From Candidatus Falkowbacteria bacterium UBA917 (GTDB taxonomy: Bacteria; Patescibacteriota; Patescibacteriia; Patescibacteriales; Patescibacteriaceae), in contig DBEB01000010.1 of the NCBI GenBank assembly GCA_002293855.1, positions 1 to 63,599 on the forward strand: DNA of 63,599 nucleotides, written 5' to 3'. Below are positions 34,239 through 42,146 of the stretch, in pieces. The notes under the pieces are model-generated. The model was not told the DNA's origin. It ran no database searches and saw nothing but the letters and a program-made list of their open reading frames with translations. The position numbers were made by a program, and so were the translations under genes. The stretch's first letter is position 1. Each line of letters opens with the position of its first letter.

Positions 34239-34379
34239 ATTTATTAAAAAATTATTTATAAGCTATTAGTTCAGTTGGATCGCCAAATAGAGAAAATAGC
34301 TAATTAAGCGCAAAGTGAAGAATAGTAAGTCACTATTATCACATATTTTTGATAAAAAAGCAAGAGTGGCCTCGAGTGG

Positions 34380-35258
34380 CTAAAGCTTGAAGCCTAGTTT
34401 GAGTCTGCGGACCAAGAAATACAGGCCGATTAGCCCAAAAATTACCAAAACGATAAAACCAGCCAGTCCAGCTGAACGAATCAATAATTTACTACCGGTA
34501 GCAAAAATTAAGAGCCAAAAGGCATAAGAACCAGCATTAAAGGTAGCGTGCATAAAGGCAGTCAGAATAGTGCTGGTAGTCTTGAGCCAGACATAGCTAA
34601 GCCAGAGGCCAAAGGCCAGCAACATAAAGAAGCTAAGTGCTACAGCTGGCCAAGTAGCAGTCACCGAAGCAAAACCAAGCAGGCTGATAATAGCCAAGTG
34701 CCAGAGTGCCCAGAGAGTAGAGCTAATGACAATGGCCCTGACAGTGCCGAGTGGCGCAAGAGCTGGTAAAAGAAAGCCACGCCAGCCGATCTCTTCGCCG
34801 AGCGCTGGGATCATATTGATGATAGGAGCTAAAATAAATGTTAAAAGTGGCACAATGATAATGAGCAAAGGCGTTGGCAAAGGCAAGCTAGGCGCGTAGC
34901 TATCTAGAAAATTAGCCAGAGTCCAATTAGTCGGGATGATGAAGGCCCAGGTCAAGCCATAGTTAATAATAAAGCCCAGAGCAATGGTGGCGTAACTCTG
35001 AAGATAAAGCCTGAGTGGTCCCAGTCGCCAACCTAGATCATGAACTGGTCGATGAAAGAGTAAGCGCTGAACCAAGATCGCCGAAGCCGCTGGAATGAAC
35101 ATAGCGAGCAAAAGCAGTAACTGACGAATGATGGCACGATCAAGGCCACTCGCTAGATGAGCAAGGAAATACTGAGCGGCAAATAAAAAGACGGCTGTAC
35201 CCAGAATAGTCAGTAGTAAAAAGATAATGATGGCGCGTCTGGTAATAGAAGCTAACAT
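34380..35258 (-). CDS. CPBP family intramembrane glutamic endopeptidase (CAAX protease-like)
   Basis: 292 aa and polytopic. Motifs are EEIGWRGFLLP, LWALWHL and FMHATFN. Confidence 0.85.
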   Translation of the reverse strand: MLASITRRAIIIFLLLTILGTAVFLFAAQYFLAHLASGLDRAIIRQLLLLLAMFIPAASAILVQRLLFHRPVHDLGWRLGPLRLYLQSYATIALGFIINYGLTWAFIIPTNWTLANFLDSYAPSLPLPTPLLIIIVPLLTFILAPIINMIPALGEEIGWRGFLLPALAPLGTVRAIVISSTLWALWHLAIISLLGFASVTATWPAVALSFFMLLAFGLWLSYVWLKTTSTILTAFMHATFNAGSYAFWLLIFATGSKLLIRSAGLAGFIVLVIFGLIGLYFLVRRLKLGFKL

Positions 35259-35301
35259 AGACTAATTGTAACAAGATTAAAATAAGCTTTCAATCATCAC
35301 C

Positions 35302-35335
35302 AAAAACAAAAGACCCCACGAGGGTGGAGTCTTTT
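35302..35335 (-). terminator. rho-independent terminator after the cold-shock gene
   Basis: The minus strand reads aaaagactccaccctcgtggggtcttttgttttt. The stem is 9 bp with one mismatch, followed by a T-run. Confidence 0.65.
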
Positions 35336-35352
35336 GTAAGATCAGGTGCTAA

Positions 35353-35553
35353 TTAAGCACGAGAAACTTTGGTAGCGTTCAAGCCCTTAGGGCCTTGACC
35401 GACTTCAAACTGAACTTTGTCGCCTTCCTTCAAGCTGTTGAATTCTACACCTTGTAGTTCACTAGCATGAAAAAATAGATCGTCCTGACCGCCCTCACGA
35501 GCGATAAAGCCGAAACCACGATCTGTCAGTCTCTTGATATTTCCTAGTTCCAT
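35353..35553 (-). CDS. cspA: cold-shock protein (CspA family)
   Basis: I trimmed the track ORF to the internal Met at 35553. MELGNIKRLTDRGFGFIAREGGQDDLFFHASELQGVEFNSLKEGDKVQFEVGQGPKGLNATKVSRA is 66 aa, with RNP1 GFGFI and RNP2 LFFHAS. Confidence 0.9.
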   Translation of the reverse strand: MELGNIKRLTDRGFGFIAREGGQDDLFFHASELQGVEFNSLKEGDKVQFEVGQGPKGLNATKVSRA

Positions 35554-35641
35554 TTTAAATGCAATAAGAATTTGAATTAAAGACACAGTTTGAATTGCAA
35601 TTTGAGTTCGACTACGCTTTTGCAAGACATGTGATAAGGTC

Positions 35642-35670
35642 AATATAGCACAGTTAAGCCAGAAAGTCAA
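35642..35670 (-). promoter_or_regulatory. sigma70 promoter (TTGACT-17 nt-TATATT) giving an about 80-nt csp leader
   Basis: The minus strand reads ttgact ttctggcttaactgtgc tatatt. The -35 is at 35670-35665 and the -10 at 35647-35642. It lies inside the spurious N-terminal extension of the track ORF. Confidence 0.6.
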
Positions 35671-35777
35671 TGAAAAGAGCCTAAAACAGATAACTGTTCA
35701 AAAAATGGCTAAGTTTGACAAATAAGCTTGATTATTATAAGATTTTGAATAAAATCACCAAAAGACAAGTTTATATT

Positions 35778-35848
35778 TCGGGGATCGTCTAAAGGTAGGA
35801 CAGCGGGTTTTGGTCCCGTCAATCGGGGTTCGAATCCCTGTCCCCGAG
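35778..35848 (+). tRNA. tRNA-Gln (anticodon UUG)
   Basis: I folded a 71-nt cloverleaf by hand. The acceptor is tcgggga/tccccga with U1-A72 and G73 (Gln identity features). U8 is present. The D stem is gtct/ggac. The anticodon stem is gcggg/cccgt with loop tt-TTG-gt. The T arm is cgggg-ttcgaat-ccctg. CCA is not encoded. Confidence 0.9.
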
Positions 35849-35865
35849 CAGAAAGTTATTTAGAT

Positions 35866-35893
35866 AAAAGACCATCCTTGTTATGGTCTTTTA
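35866..35893 (+). terminator. terminator after tRNA-Gln
   Basis: aaaagaccatccttgttatggtcttttatt has the stem agaccat/atggtct followed by ttttatt. Confidence 0.6.
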
Positions 35894-35920
35894 TTGTGGT
35901 AGAATTAAACTGCAAAGCAA

Positions 35921-36811
35921 ATGATTAATAAAAATATGGAAACAGCATACAAAGTCATTCTTTTTTATAAATTCATCAACTTAGATAATCCTGAGTCTGT
36001 TCGTGATGAGCAAAGAGCTCTATGTCAAAGCCTTAATCTCAAAGGCCGGATTTTGGTTGGCGTAGAAGGTATTAACGGCACATTGGAAGGCAGCTCAACT
36101 GACACCGATAAGTACAGACAAGCGATGGCGGCTGATAGCCGTTTTGCTGATATGGCGATCAAAGAAAGCGCCGGCACTGGCAAGGCCTTTGCCAAACTAA
36201 AGGTCAAAGTCAGAGAAGAAATAGTGACACTAGGAGCTGGGCGCTTTGATGTTGCCCGAGAAACTGCTCCAGAGCTAAGCGCTGAAGAACTAGCCGAGCT
36301 GTATAAAAATAATGATGATTTTGTAATACTAGACTTGCGTAATGACTACGAGGTCAAGGCTGGCTACTTTGACAAGACTGTTAATCCAGAACTGAGAAAT
36401 TTCCGAGACTTAACAGCCAAGATCAAGGAGTTAGCTCATCTCAAAGATAAAAAAGTGGTATCGGTTTGCACTGGTGGTATTCGCTGTGAAAAGGCTACTT
36501 GCCTACTAAAACGAGAGGGCTTCAATAATATCTATCAACTCAAAAACGGTATTCATGATTATATGGTCAAATATCCGGGTCAAAACTTCAAAGGCACTTT
36601 ATTTGTCTTTGATGATCGCATGGTGACCGATGTGGTGCCGGAAATTGCTAACAAGGTAGTGGTGGGCAGATGTAGTTACTGTGGCGCTGCCTCAGAAAGT
36701 TTTTATAATGATGACAGCTACAGCCCATCACTAAAGATAATTGCCTGTGAGCAGTGCTTTGCTATTAACGCCGCTAGCTTGCGTCCTGTAGTAGCCGATA
36801 CTAAGCTTTAA
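35921..36811 (+). CDS. trhO: rhodanese-domain tRNA U34 hydroxylase TrhO (UPF0176/YceA family)
   Basis: 296 aa. It has YKVILFYKF at the N-terminus, a rhodanese active-site loop CTGGIRCEKA, and a C-terminal Cys cluster CSYCG...CEQC. The true start could be the Met at 35936. Confidence 0.8.
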   Translation: MINKNMETAYKVILFYKFINLDNPESVRDEQRALCQSLNLKGRILVGVEGINGTLEGSSTDTDKYRQAMAADSRFADMAIKESAGTGKAFAKLKVKVREEIVTLGAGRFDVARETAPELSAEELAELYKNNDDFVILDLRNDYEVKAGYFDKTVNPELRNFRDLTAKIKELAHLKDKKVVSVCTGGIRCEKATCLLKREGFNNIYQLKNGIHDYMVKYPGQNFKGTLFVFDDRMVTDVVPEIANKVVVGRCSYCGAASESFYNDDSYSPSLKIIACEQCFAINAASLRPVVADTKL

Positions 36812-36815
36812 ATAG

Positions 36816-37235
36816 ATGTCCGAACTAAAAACCAAAGCGACCAATATCAAGGCTGAGGCTTTGTTAGATAAAATTAGCCCAGAAGCTAAGCGCAAGGACG
36901 GATTGATGTTGCTGGCAATGTTTAAAAAAGTAACCGGTGAAGAACCGGTAGTTTGGGGTGCAAACATCATAGGCTTTGGACAATACCACTATAAATCCGA
37001 ACGAAGCACTCAAGAGGGAGATTGGCCGCTAGTTGCCTTTGCAGTTCGCAAACAAAATCTGACACTTTATCTAATGTCTATCAAAGCTTATGAGGAGCTA
37101 CTAGCCAAACTTGGTAAGCACAAAGTCAGCGTTGGTTGTCTTTATATTAATAAGCTAGCGGACACTGATCAGAAAGTTTTGCAGATATTGATCAAAAAAG
37201 CTTTTGTAAATAATAAAAAAACTCTCGGCAAATAA
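36816..37235 (+). CDS. DUF1801 (YdhG-like) domain protein
   Basis: 139 aa. GEEPVVWGANIIGFGQYHYKSERSTQEGDWPLVAFAVRKQNLTLYL matches my recollection of the DUF1801 core. Confidence 0.65.
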   Translation: MSELKTKATNIKAEALLDKISPEAKRKDGLMLLAMFKKVTGEEPVVWGANIIGFGQYHYKSERSTQEGDWPLVAFAVRKQNLTLYLMSIKAYEELLAKLGKHKVSVGCLYINKLADTDQKVLQILIKKAFVNNKKTLGK

Positions 37236-37255
37236 GGAGCTTAATTAATTTTGTC

Positions 37256-37678
37256 TCAGAGACAATGCCGGCAGAGTCCAAAAAACTCTAAACTATGACT
37301 ATGGATAGCAAAGTTTTTTTCTTTGGCAATCTTTTTTTCTAATTTGACTAGATCTTGGTCAACAAAAACATCTTCGACACCTTGGCAATTATTACAAATT
37401 AAATGATGATGGTGTGCCAGACCAGCGATTTCGTAGCGTCGCTTATTGTCGCCAAAATTAATTTCGACGATAATCCCCCGCTCTAAGAGGAATTGCAATT
37501 CACGATAGACAGTAGTTTTGTTAACTGCTAGCTTTTGGTCGCTCAAAAAGTCTTGGAGAGCTTGAGCGTCCAGTGGTTTTTTGAGCTTGAGTAGCTCGCC
37601 AATTAAAAGCTCGCGAACTTTGGTTTTTTTGAAACCTTGGTCACTGAGCTGTTGTAAAATTGTTTGAGTATTTAGCAT
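37256..37678 (-). CDS. Fur family transcriptional regulator
   Basis: I trimmed the ORF to the Met at 37678 (MLNTQTILQQL...), because the predicted promoter lies inside the longer track ORF. It has a winged-helix (TVYRELQFLLERGII), HHHHLICNNCQGVEDV and a C-terminal CRHC. Confidence 0.85.
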   Translation of the reverse strand: MLNTQTILQQLSDQGFKKTKVRELLIGELLKLKKPLDAQALQDFLSDQKLAVNKTTVYRELQFLLERGIIVEINFGDNKRRYEIAGLAHHHHLICNNCQGVEDVFVDQDLVKLEKKIAKEKNFAIHSHSLEFFGLCRHCL

Positions 37679-37692
37679 ATAAAGATAGTTAA

Positions 37693-37721
37693 ATAATACG
37701 CAACTCAATTGCGTTTGTCAA
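37693..37721 (-). promoter_or_regulatory. fur promoter (TTGACA-17 nt-TATTAT) with an inverted repeat ACGCAA-N5-TTGCGT filling the spacer (candidate operator)
   Basis: The minus strand reads ttgaca aACGCAAttgagTTGCGt attat. The inverted repeat is at 37698-37714, the -10 at 37698-37693 and the -35 at 37721-37716. The ATG lies 14 nt below the -10. Confidence 0.55.
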
Positions 37722-37732
37722 TAATTTTGGTC

Positions 37733-37760
37733 AAATAAAAACCCGCCTGGTAGACGGGTG
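37733..37760 (-). terminator. terminator after the 37-aa small ORF
   Basis: The minus strand reads cacccgtctaccaggcgggtttttattt. It has a 5-bp GC-rich stem acccg/cgggt, a 9-nt loop and a T-run. Confidence 0.5.
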
Positions 37761-37778
37761 GTGAGTTAATCTAGCAAA

Positions 37779-37892
37779 TCAGAATTCGCCATTGTTTTGA
37801 TTGAATAAAGAAATGATGATAAGGACCCAGTTACAGACACCGGCTACAGCAATACTAGCTAAGAAGATAATTAAAAATACTTCATCAAACAT
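37779..37892 (-). CDS. small hydrophobic protein, 37 aa (below the ORF-track size cut-off)
   Basis: Hand translation gives MFDEVFLIIFLASIAVAGVCNWVLIIISLFNQNNGEF, ending in TGA. An AAGGAG SD sits 6 nt upstream of the ATG. It has its own promoter upstream and a terminator downstream. Confidence 0.6.
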   Translation of the reverse strand: MFDEVFLIIFLASIAVAGVCNWVLIIISLFNQNNGEF

Positions 37893-37938
37893 CAATAACT
37901 CCTTTTTTGTTAAAAAACTAAATGATTATATGATTATA

Positions 37939-37967
37939 ATTATGTCATATATTTATTATTTTGTCAA
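37939..37967 (-). promoter_or_regulatory. sigma70 promoter (TTGACA-17 nt-CATAAT) for the small ORF
   Basis: The minus strand reads ttgaca aaataataaatatatga cataat. The -35 is at 37967-37962 and the -10 at 37944-37939. Confidence 0.55.
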
Positions 37968-38048
37968 GCTATCAATGCCTAGAGTGTGAGAAAAATAAAA
38001 TTGACGCAAGGACTGATTACCGCTAAACTAAGCCTATAATTTATATCT

Positions 38049-38762
38049 ATGCAAATATTACTTCTGGACACTGAGACGACCGATTTACAAAATGCCAGAC
38101 TGGTACAACTGGCTTACAAAGACCTGACTAGTGGTCAGATGGTTAATGAATTATTTAAAGCGCCGGTAGCAATTGGCTATGGAGCAATGTCTATTCATCA
38201 TATTACCAATGAGATGGTAGCAGAGAAGCCAAGCTTTGCTGGTAGTGTCCAATATCAAGAGTTAGCCAGCTTAGCTCAAGCTGGAGTGATCATCGTGGCT
38301 CACAATGCGCCTTTTGATTTGCAAGTACTAAAAAACGAAGGTTTGAGCTTTCCGATTTTTATCGATACTTGTCGAGTAGCTCAACACTTAATCCCGAGCG
38401 AGCAGCACAAGTTACAATATTTGCGCTACTTCTTACAATTCCCACCAGTAGTCGCTGAAGCTCACGATGCTCTAGGCGATGTCTTGGTCTTAGAATTACT
38501 CTTTAATCATTTGAAGACCGTGGTGGCAGAAAAATTTGCCTTGGAGGAATCAGAAGCGGTCATTAACAAGATGATACAGTTGTCACAAGAACCACTTCTA
38601 ATTAAGAGTCTGGGCTTTGGTAAGCACAAAGGCGTGCCATTGGAAGAATTGGTCATGAATGATCGTGGCTATTTGCAATGGCTCTATGATAATGAGAGTA
38701 AAAAAGCTGAGAACGAGCAAAATGCTAATTTAATTTATACGCTGAGATATTATCTAGCTTAA
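38049..38762 (+). CDS. DEDDh 3'-5' exonuclease (DnaQ/ExoX-like) with DUF3820-like C-terminal domain
   Basis: 237 aa. Exo I is LLDTETTD, Exo II is VAHNAPFDLQVL and Exo III is HDALGDV. The C-terminal FGKHKGVPLEELVMNDRGYLQWL resembles the ExoX/DUF3820 tail. Confidence 0.8.
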   Translation: MQILLLDTETTDLQNARLVQLAYKDLTSGQMVNELFKAPVAIGYGAMSIHHITNEMVAEKPSFAGSVQYQELASLAQAGVIIVAHNAPFDLQVLKNEGLSFPIFIDTCRVAQHLIPSEQHKLQYLRYFLQFPPVVAEAHDALGDVLVLELLFNHLKTVVAEKFALEESEAVINKMIQLSQEPLLIKSLGFGKHKGVPLEELVMNDRGYLQWLYDNESKKAENEQNANLIYTLRYYLA

Positions 38763-38763
38763 T

Positions 38764-41700
38764 ATGTCTTTTGAAACACGTTATCAAAATCTAAATGATG
38801 AGCAGAGACTAGCTGTCGACACGATCGATGGACCAGTGATGGTGGTAGCGGGTCCTGGCACAGGCAAGACAGAGTTACTGGGCCTGCGAGTAGCCAATAT
38901 CCTGAGACAAAGTGACGCACTGCCGTCCAATATACTATGTCTAACTTTTACCGAGTCCGGAGCGAGTAATATGCGAGCGCGTTTAGTGGGCCTGATTGGT
39001 AATGAGGCTTACAAAGTAGCTATCCATACCTTTCATAGTTTTGCGCTCGACATCAGTCAACGTTTTCGTGAAGAGTTTTATGAAGCCCGACAAATGTCGC
39101 CAGCCGATGAAATCAGGCAAATCGAAACACTAGGCAGAATCCTAGCCAAAGCCCCCTACGGCGACGCGCTAGCTAGTAAAAATGAACAAGGCTTTGTCTA
39201 TCTCAAAAGCGTCAGAGATCGAATCAGCAAATTAAAAAGAGCCGGTCTAACGCCGGCAGAGTTTGCCATGATTTTACAAAGTAATCTAGCGAGTTACGAA
39301 CAGATCGAAAGCTTGCTACTGCCGGTCTTTGATAGCACTGTTTCCAAAAAAACTCGTGAAGCGATACCGGAATTACTAGCCGAGCTAAAATCCTTACCGA
39401 GACAAGGGTCAGCGATTAGTCATAGCAGCTTACTGGATTATACTGAGCTCTTAATCGTTAGCCTGGAGCTTGCTTACACCGAAGCAGTTGAAGAAGCTAA
39501 CACCAAGGCTCTAACGGCTTGGAAAAATAGCTGGTTTAAAAAAGACACTGATAACAAAGAGCTACATCTGAAAGACAAGCATCAGCTGAAGAGAAACTTG
39601 TCGCTTGCTGCCGTCTATGCCGAGTACCAACAAATCATGAACGCGGAAGCTTGCGTGGACTTTGATGATATGATCATGGATTTGATTCAAATCCTGATTA
39701 AAAAACCCGGCCTAATGGCCGAACTCCAAGAGCAGTATCAATATATCTTGGTTGATGAGTTTCAAGATACTAACGAAGCTCAGATGAGGATTATAAATCT
39801 ACTTGCTGATAATCCAGTCAATGAAGGTCGTCCCAATCTGATGGTAGTCGGTGATGATGATCAGGCGATTTACAAATTCCAAGGTGCGGAACTAAATAAT
39901 GTTTTGCAATTTCAAAAAACTTATCCAGCCACCCAATTTATCAGTCTCAATAAAAACTACCGTTCAACTGCGCCGATTGTAGATTTTGCTCAGATTATCA
40001 TCAAGCAAGGTCAAGAAAGATTAGATAAGCATTTGCCTGAGCTGAAGAAATTTTTACAAGCCGCCAATAGCCAGTTGCGTCCCGGCCAAATCAAAGTCTT
40101 GAGCTTTGACACAGTCACTCACGAATATAGTTATTTGATCGAGGAGATCAAAGCTCAATTAGCAAAGGGTACGCCAGCTACAGAAATTGCCGTCATTGCC
40201 CGCAATCATCGTCAGCTACTCGGTCTAGTACCGCAATTGCAGGCAGCTGGCATAACTATCGCCTATGAAAAACAACGCAATGTCCTCGAAGAAGAACATA
40301 TTATTCAATTAATTAATCTGGCTAAATTAGTACAGGCTCTTGCCAGTGAGGGACTCGCCTACGCTCAAGAACTACTGACTGAAGTAATTGGCTATAAGTT
40401 TTGGGGCCTAGCACGCAAAACAGTTTGGCAACTAGCTATTGAAGCGAGTGAGCATCGCAAAGATCTCAGCAAGGGTCGCTGGCTCGACGCTATGCTCGCT
40501 AACTCTGATCCAGACCTGGTAGCGCTAGCCGAATGGCTACTAGAACTCGCTGCTCGAGCCAAGACTCAGAGTCTAGCGCAACTACTTGATGAACTGATCG
40601 GACCAGAACAAGAGACAGTAGAGTTTAGCTCGCCTTTTCGTCGTTATTATTTTAATCGTGAGAATTACCAAAAAAATCCAAGCGCCTATCTAGACTTTTT
40701 GGCAGCCCTCAATAGCTTTGTTAATAGGATTCGTAGCTACGCTAATACAGTTGACTCACCGAGATTACAAGACTTGATTGACTGCGTGGCGGCACACCAA
40801 AAACACGGCGTCGCCATCACTGATACTAGTCCAAGCCTAGGCGGCGAACAAGCTATCAATCTACTGACTGCTCACAAAGCTAAAGGCCTAGAATTTGACA
40901 CAGTCTTTGTAGTTAATTGCCAAGAAAATATCTGGACTAAAGGGCAAAAAAACGAGCTCATAGCATTCCCCAAAAATCTACCGATTGATCCAACCGCAGA
41001 AAGTATGGATGACTATTTGCGATTATTTTTTGTGGCAATCACCCGTGCTCGTAGGCAGCTCTACTTGACTGGTTACCGAGCCGAAAACAATGGTAAAGAG
41101 GCTCTAGGTTTGCCGTTTTTGGCACCAGATAATTTTAGCCAGTTTGCTCATCAACTAGATCTGAGCGAACAAAAAATAAATCAAGAGTCATTGATTACTA
41201 GTCTAGCAATGATCAATGCACCGGCGCCAATTAATTTACAAACTGACGAAAAAGCTTTGCTCGCTCCCCTGCTCGAACATTATGCGATGAGTGTGACCCA
41301 TTTGAATAATTTCTTGAATGTGACTCAAGGCGGTCCGCACAGCTTCTTGGAGCAAAACTTATTACATTTTCCACAAGCTAAAAGTGTTTTTACTAGCTAT
41401 GGCACAGCGATGCATGCGACCATTGAAGCAATCTATCATCATCTCAAAACCAGAGAGGCCCTACCAAGTCTAGAAGAAGTACAAAACTATTTTGCTGAGA
41501 AACTAGGCAAAGAAAAAATGTCAGAACTGGATTATAAAGATTATTTAGCCAAGGGTCGAGAAGTTTGGCAGAGCTACTGGATGCAAGCCAAACAGAGAAT
41601 AGCCAAAGAACACTGGATTGAAACTGATTTTAAACAACAGCAGGTAGTGGTTGATGGGGTTTTGATTACCGGTAAGATTGACAAGATTGTCGTCGATGAA

Positions 41701-42084
41701 GAGTCCAAAATGATGCGGGTCTATGATTTTAAGACCGGCAATCCAACTCAGAATTGGCAAGGTCATGATGAGAAGGAAAAAATCAAGCTCCATGGCTATA
41801 AACGACAACTGGCTTTCTATAAACTACTGGTCGAAAATAGTCGAGACTACCATCAGTATCAAGTAGCTGAAGGAGCGCTGGAGTTTCTCAGTCTGAGTAA
41901 TCGAGGCGAGATGATAGTACTCAATCACACTATCACCGAGCCAGAGCTAGAGAGATTAAAGACTCTCATCAAAGCAGTTGATCACAAAATCAGATCCTTG
42001 GACTTTCCTGATACTAGTCACTATGAACAGTCACTAGCTGGCATGATAGCCTTTGAAGATGATTTGCTCACAGGGCTCAGCTAA
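38764..42084 (+). CDS. UvrD/PcrA-type SF1 helicase fused to a C-terminal PD-(D/E)xK (RecB/AddA-like) nuclease
   Basis: 1106 aa. Helicase motifs are AGPGTGKT, LCLTFTESGA, ILVDEFQDTN, VVGDDDQAIYKFQGA, TAHKAKGLEFDTVFV and FFVAITRARRQLYL. The nuclease tail is GTAMHATIE...GKIDKIVVDEESKMMRVYDFKTG...YKRQLAFYKLL. It starts 1 nt after the exonuclease stop. Confidence 0.85.
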   Translation: MSFETRYQNLNDEQRLAVDTIDGPVMVVAGPGTGKTELLGLRVANILRQSDALPSNILCLTFTESGASNMRARLVGLIGNEAYKVAIHTFHSFALDISQRFREEFYEARQMSPADEIRQIETLGRILAKAPYGDALASKNEQGFVYLKSVRDRISKLKRAGLTPAEFAMILQSNLASYEQIESLLLPVFDSTVSKKTREAIPELLAELKSLPRQGSAISHSSLLDYTELLIVSLELAYTEAVEEANTKALTAWKNSWFKKDTDNKELHLKDKHQLKRNLSLAAVYAEYQQIMNAEACVDFDDMIMDLIQILIKKPGLMAELQEQYQYILVDEFQDTNEAQMRIINLLADNPVNEGRPNLMVVGDDDQAIYKFQGAELNNVLQFQKTYPATQFISLNKNYRSTAPIVDFAQIIIKQGQERLDKHLPELKKFLQAANSQLRPGQIKVLSFDTVTHEYSYLIEEIKAQLAKGTPATEIAVIARNHRQLLGLVPQLQAAGITIAYEKQRNVLEEEHIIQLINLAKLVQALASEGLAYAQELLTEVIGYKFWGLARKTVWQLAIEASEHRKDLSKGRWLDAMLANSDPDLVALAEWLLELAARAKTQSLAQLLDELIGPEQETVEFSSPFRRYYFNRENYQKNPSAYLDFLAALNSFVNRIRSYANTVDSPRLQDLIDCVAAHQKHGVAITDTSPSLGGEQAINLLTAHKAKGLEFDTVFVVNCQENIWTKGQKNELIAFPKNLPIDPTAESMDDYLRLFFVAITRARRQLYLTGYRAENNGKEALGLPFLAPDNFSQFAHQLDLSEQKINQESLITSLAMINAPAPINLQTDEKALLAPLLEHYAMSVTHLNNFLNVTQGGPHSFLEQNLLHFPQAKSVFTSYGTAMHATIEAIYHHLKTREALPSLEEVQNYFAEKLGKEKMSELDYKDYLAKGREVWQSYWMQAKQRIAKEHWIETDFKQQQVVVDGVLITGKIDKIVVDEESKMMRVYDFKTGNPTQNWQGHDEKEKIKLHGYKRQLAFYKLLVENSRDYHQYQVAEGALEFLSLSNRGEMIVLNHTITEPELERLKTLIKAVDHKIRSLDFPDTSHYEQSLAGMIAFEDDLLTGLS

Positions 42085-42096
42085 AGCTGAGAACAT

Positions 42097-42128
42097 AAAA
42101 ACACGACTTACTAGTAAGTCGTGTTTTT
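42097..42128. terminator. bidirectional terminator between convergent genes
   Basis: aaaaacacgacttactagtaagtcgtgttttt is a perfect palindromic stem flanked by an A-run and a T-run. Confidence 0.8.
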
Positions 42129-42146
42129 AATTGATCAAGAAGTAGC

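Noticed and set aside
33594-34247. A 217-aa plus-strand ORF, and the 152-aa alternative minus-frame ORF at 33746-34204, covering the zinc-ribbon gene.
   Set aside because: Both are shadow ORFs of the CxxC-x17-CxxC gene. Their translations are low-complexity (L/S/T/I runs) with no motifs. The plus ORF starts inside the upstream gene and reads through a bidirectional terminator. The minus-strand frame at 33660-34238 has clear duplicated zinc-ribbon motifs.
35554-35670. N-terminal extension of the cold-shock ORF (105 aa in the track).
   Set aside because: The extension (MTFWLNCAILTLSHV...) is non-homologous to Csp proteins and contains the predicted promoter. The canonical 66-aa Csp begins at the internal Met at 35553.
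35715-35741. TTGACA followed by TATAAG upstream of tRNA-Gln, considered as its promoter.
   Set aside because: The spacer is only 15 nt and alternative -10 hexamers give 12-16 nt. It is plausible, but weaker than the exact 17-nt promoters reported elsewhere, so I did not list it as a feature.
37801-37989. A 62-aa plus-strand ORF in the fur/exonuclease intergenic region.
   Set aside because: It is antisense to the well-supported 37-aa small ORF and its promoter. It is extremely AT-rich with an Ile/Asn/Lys-rich product and has no SD.
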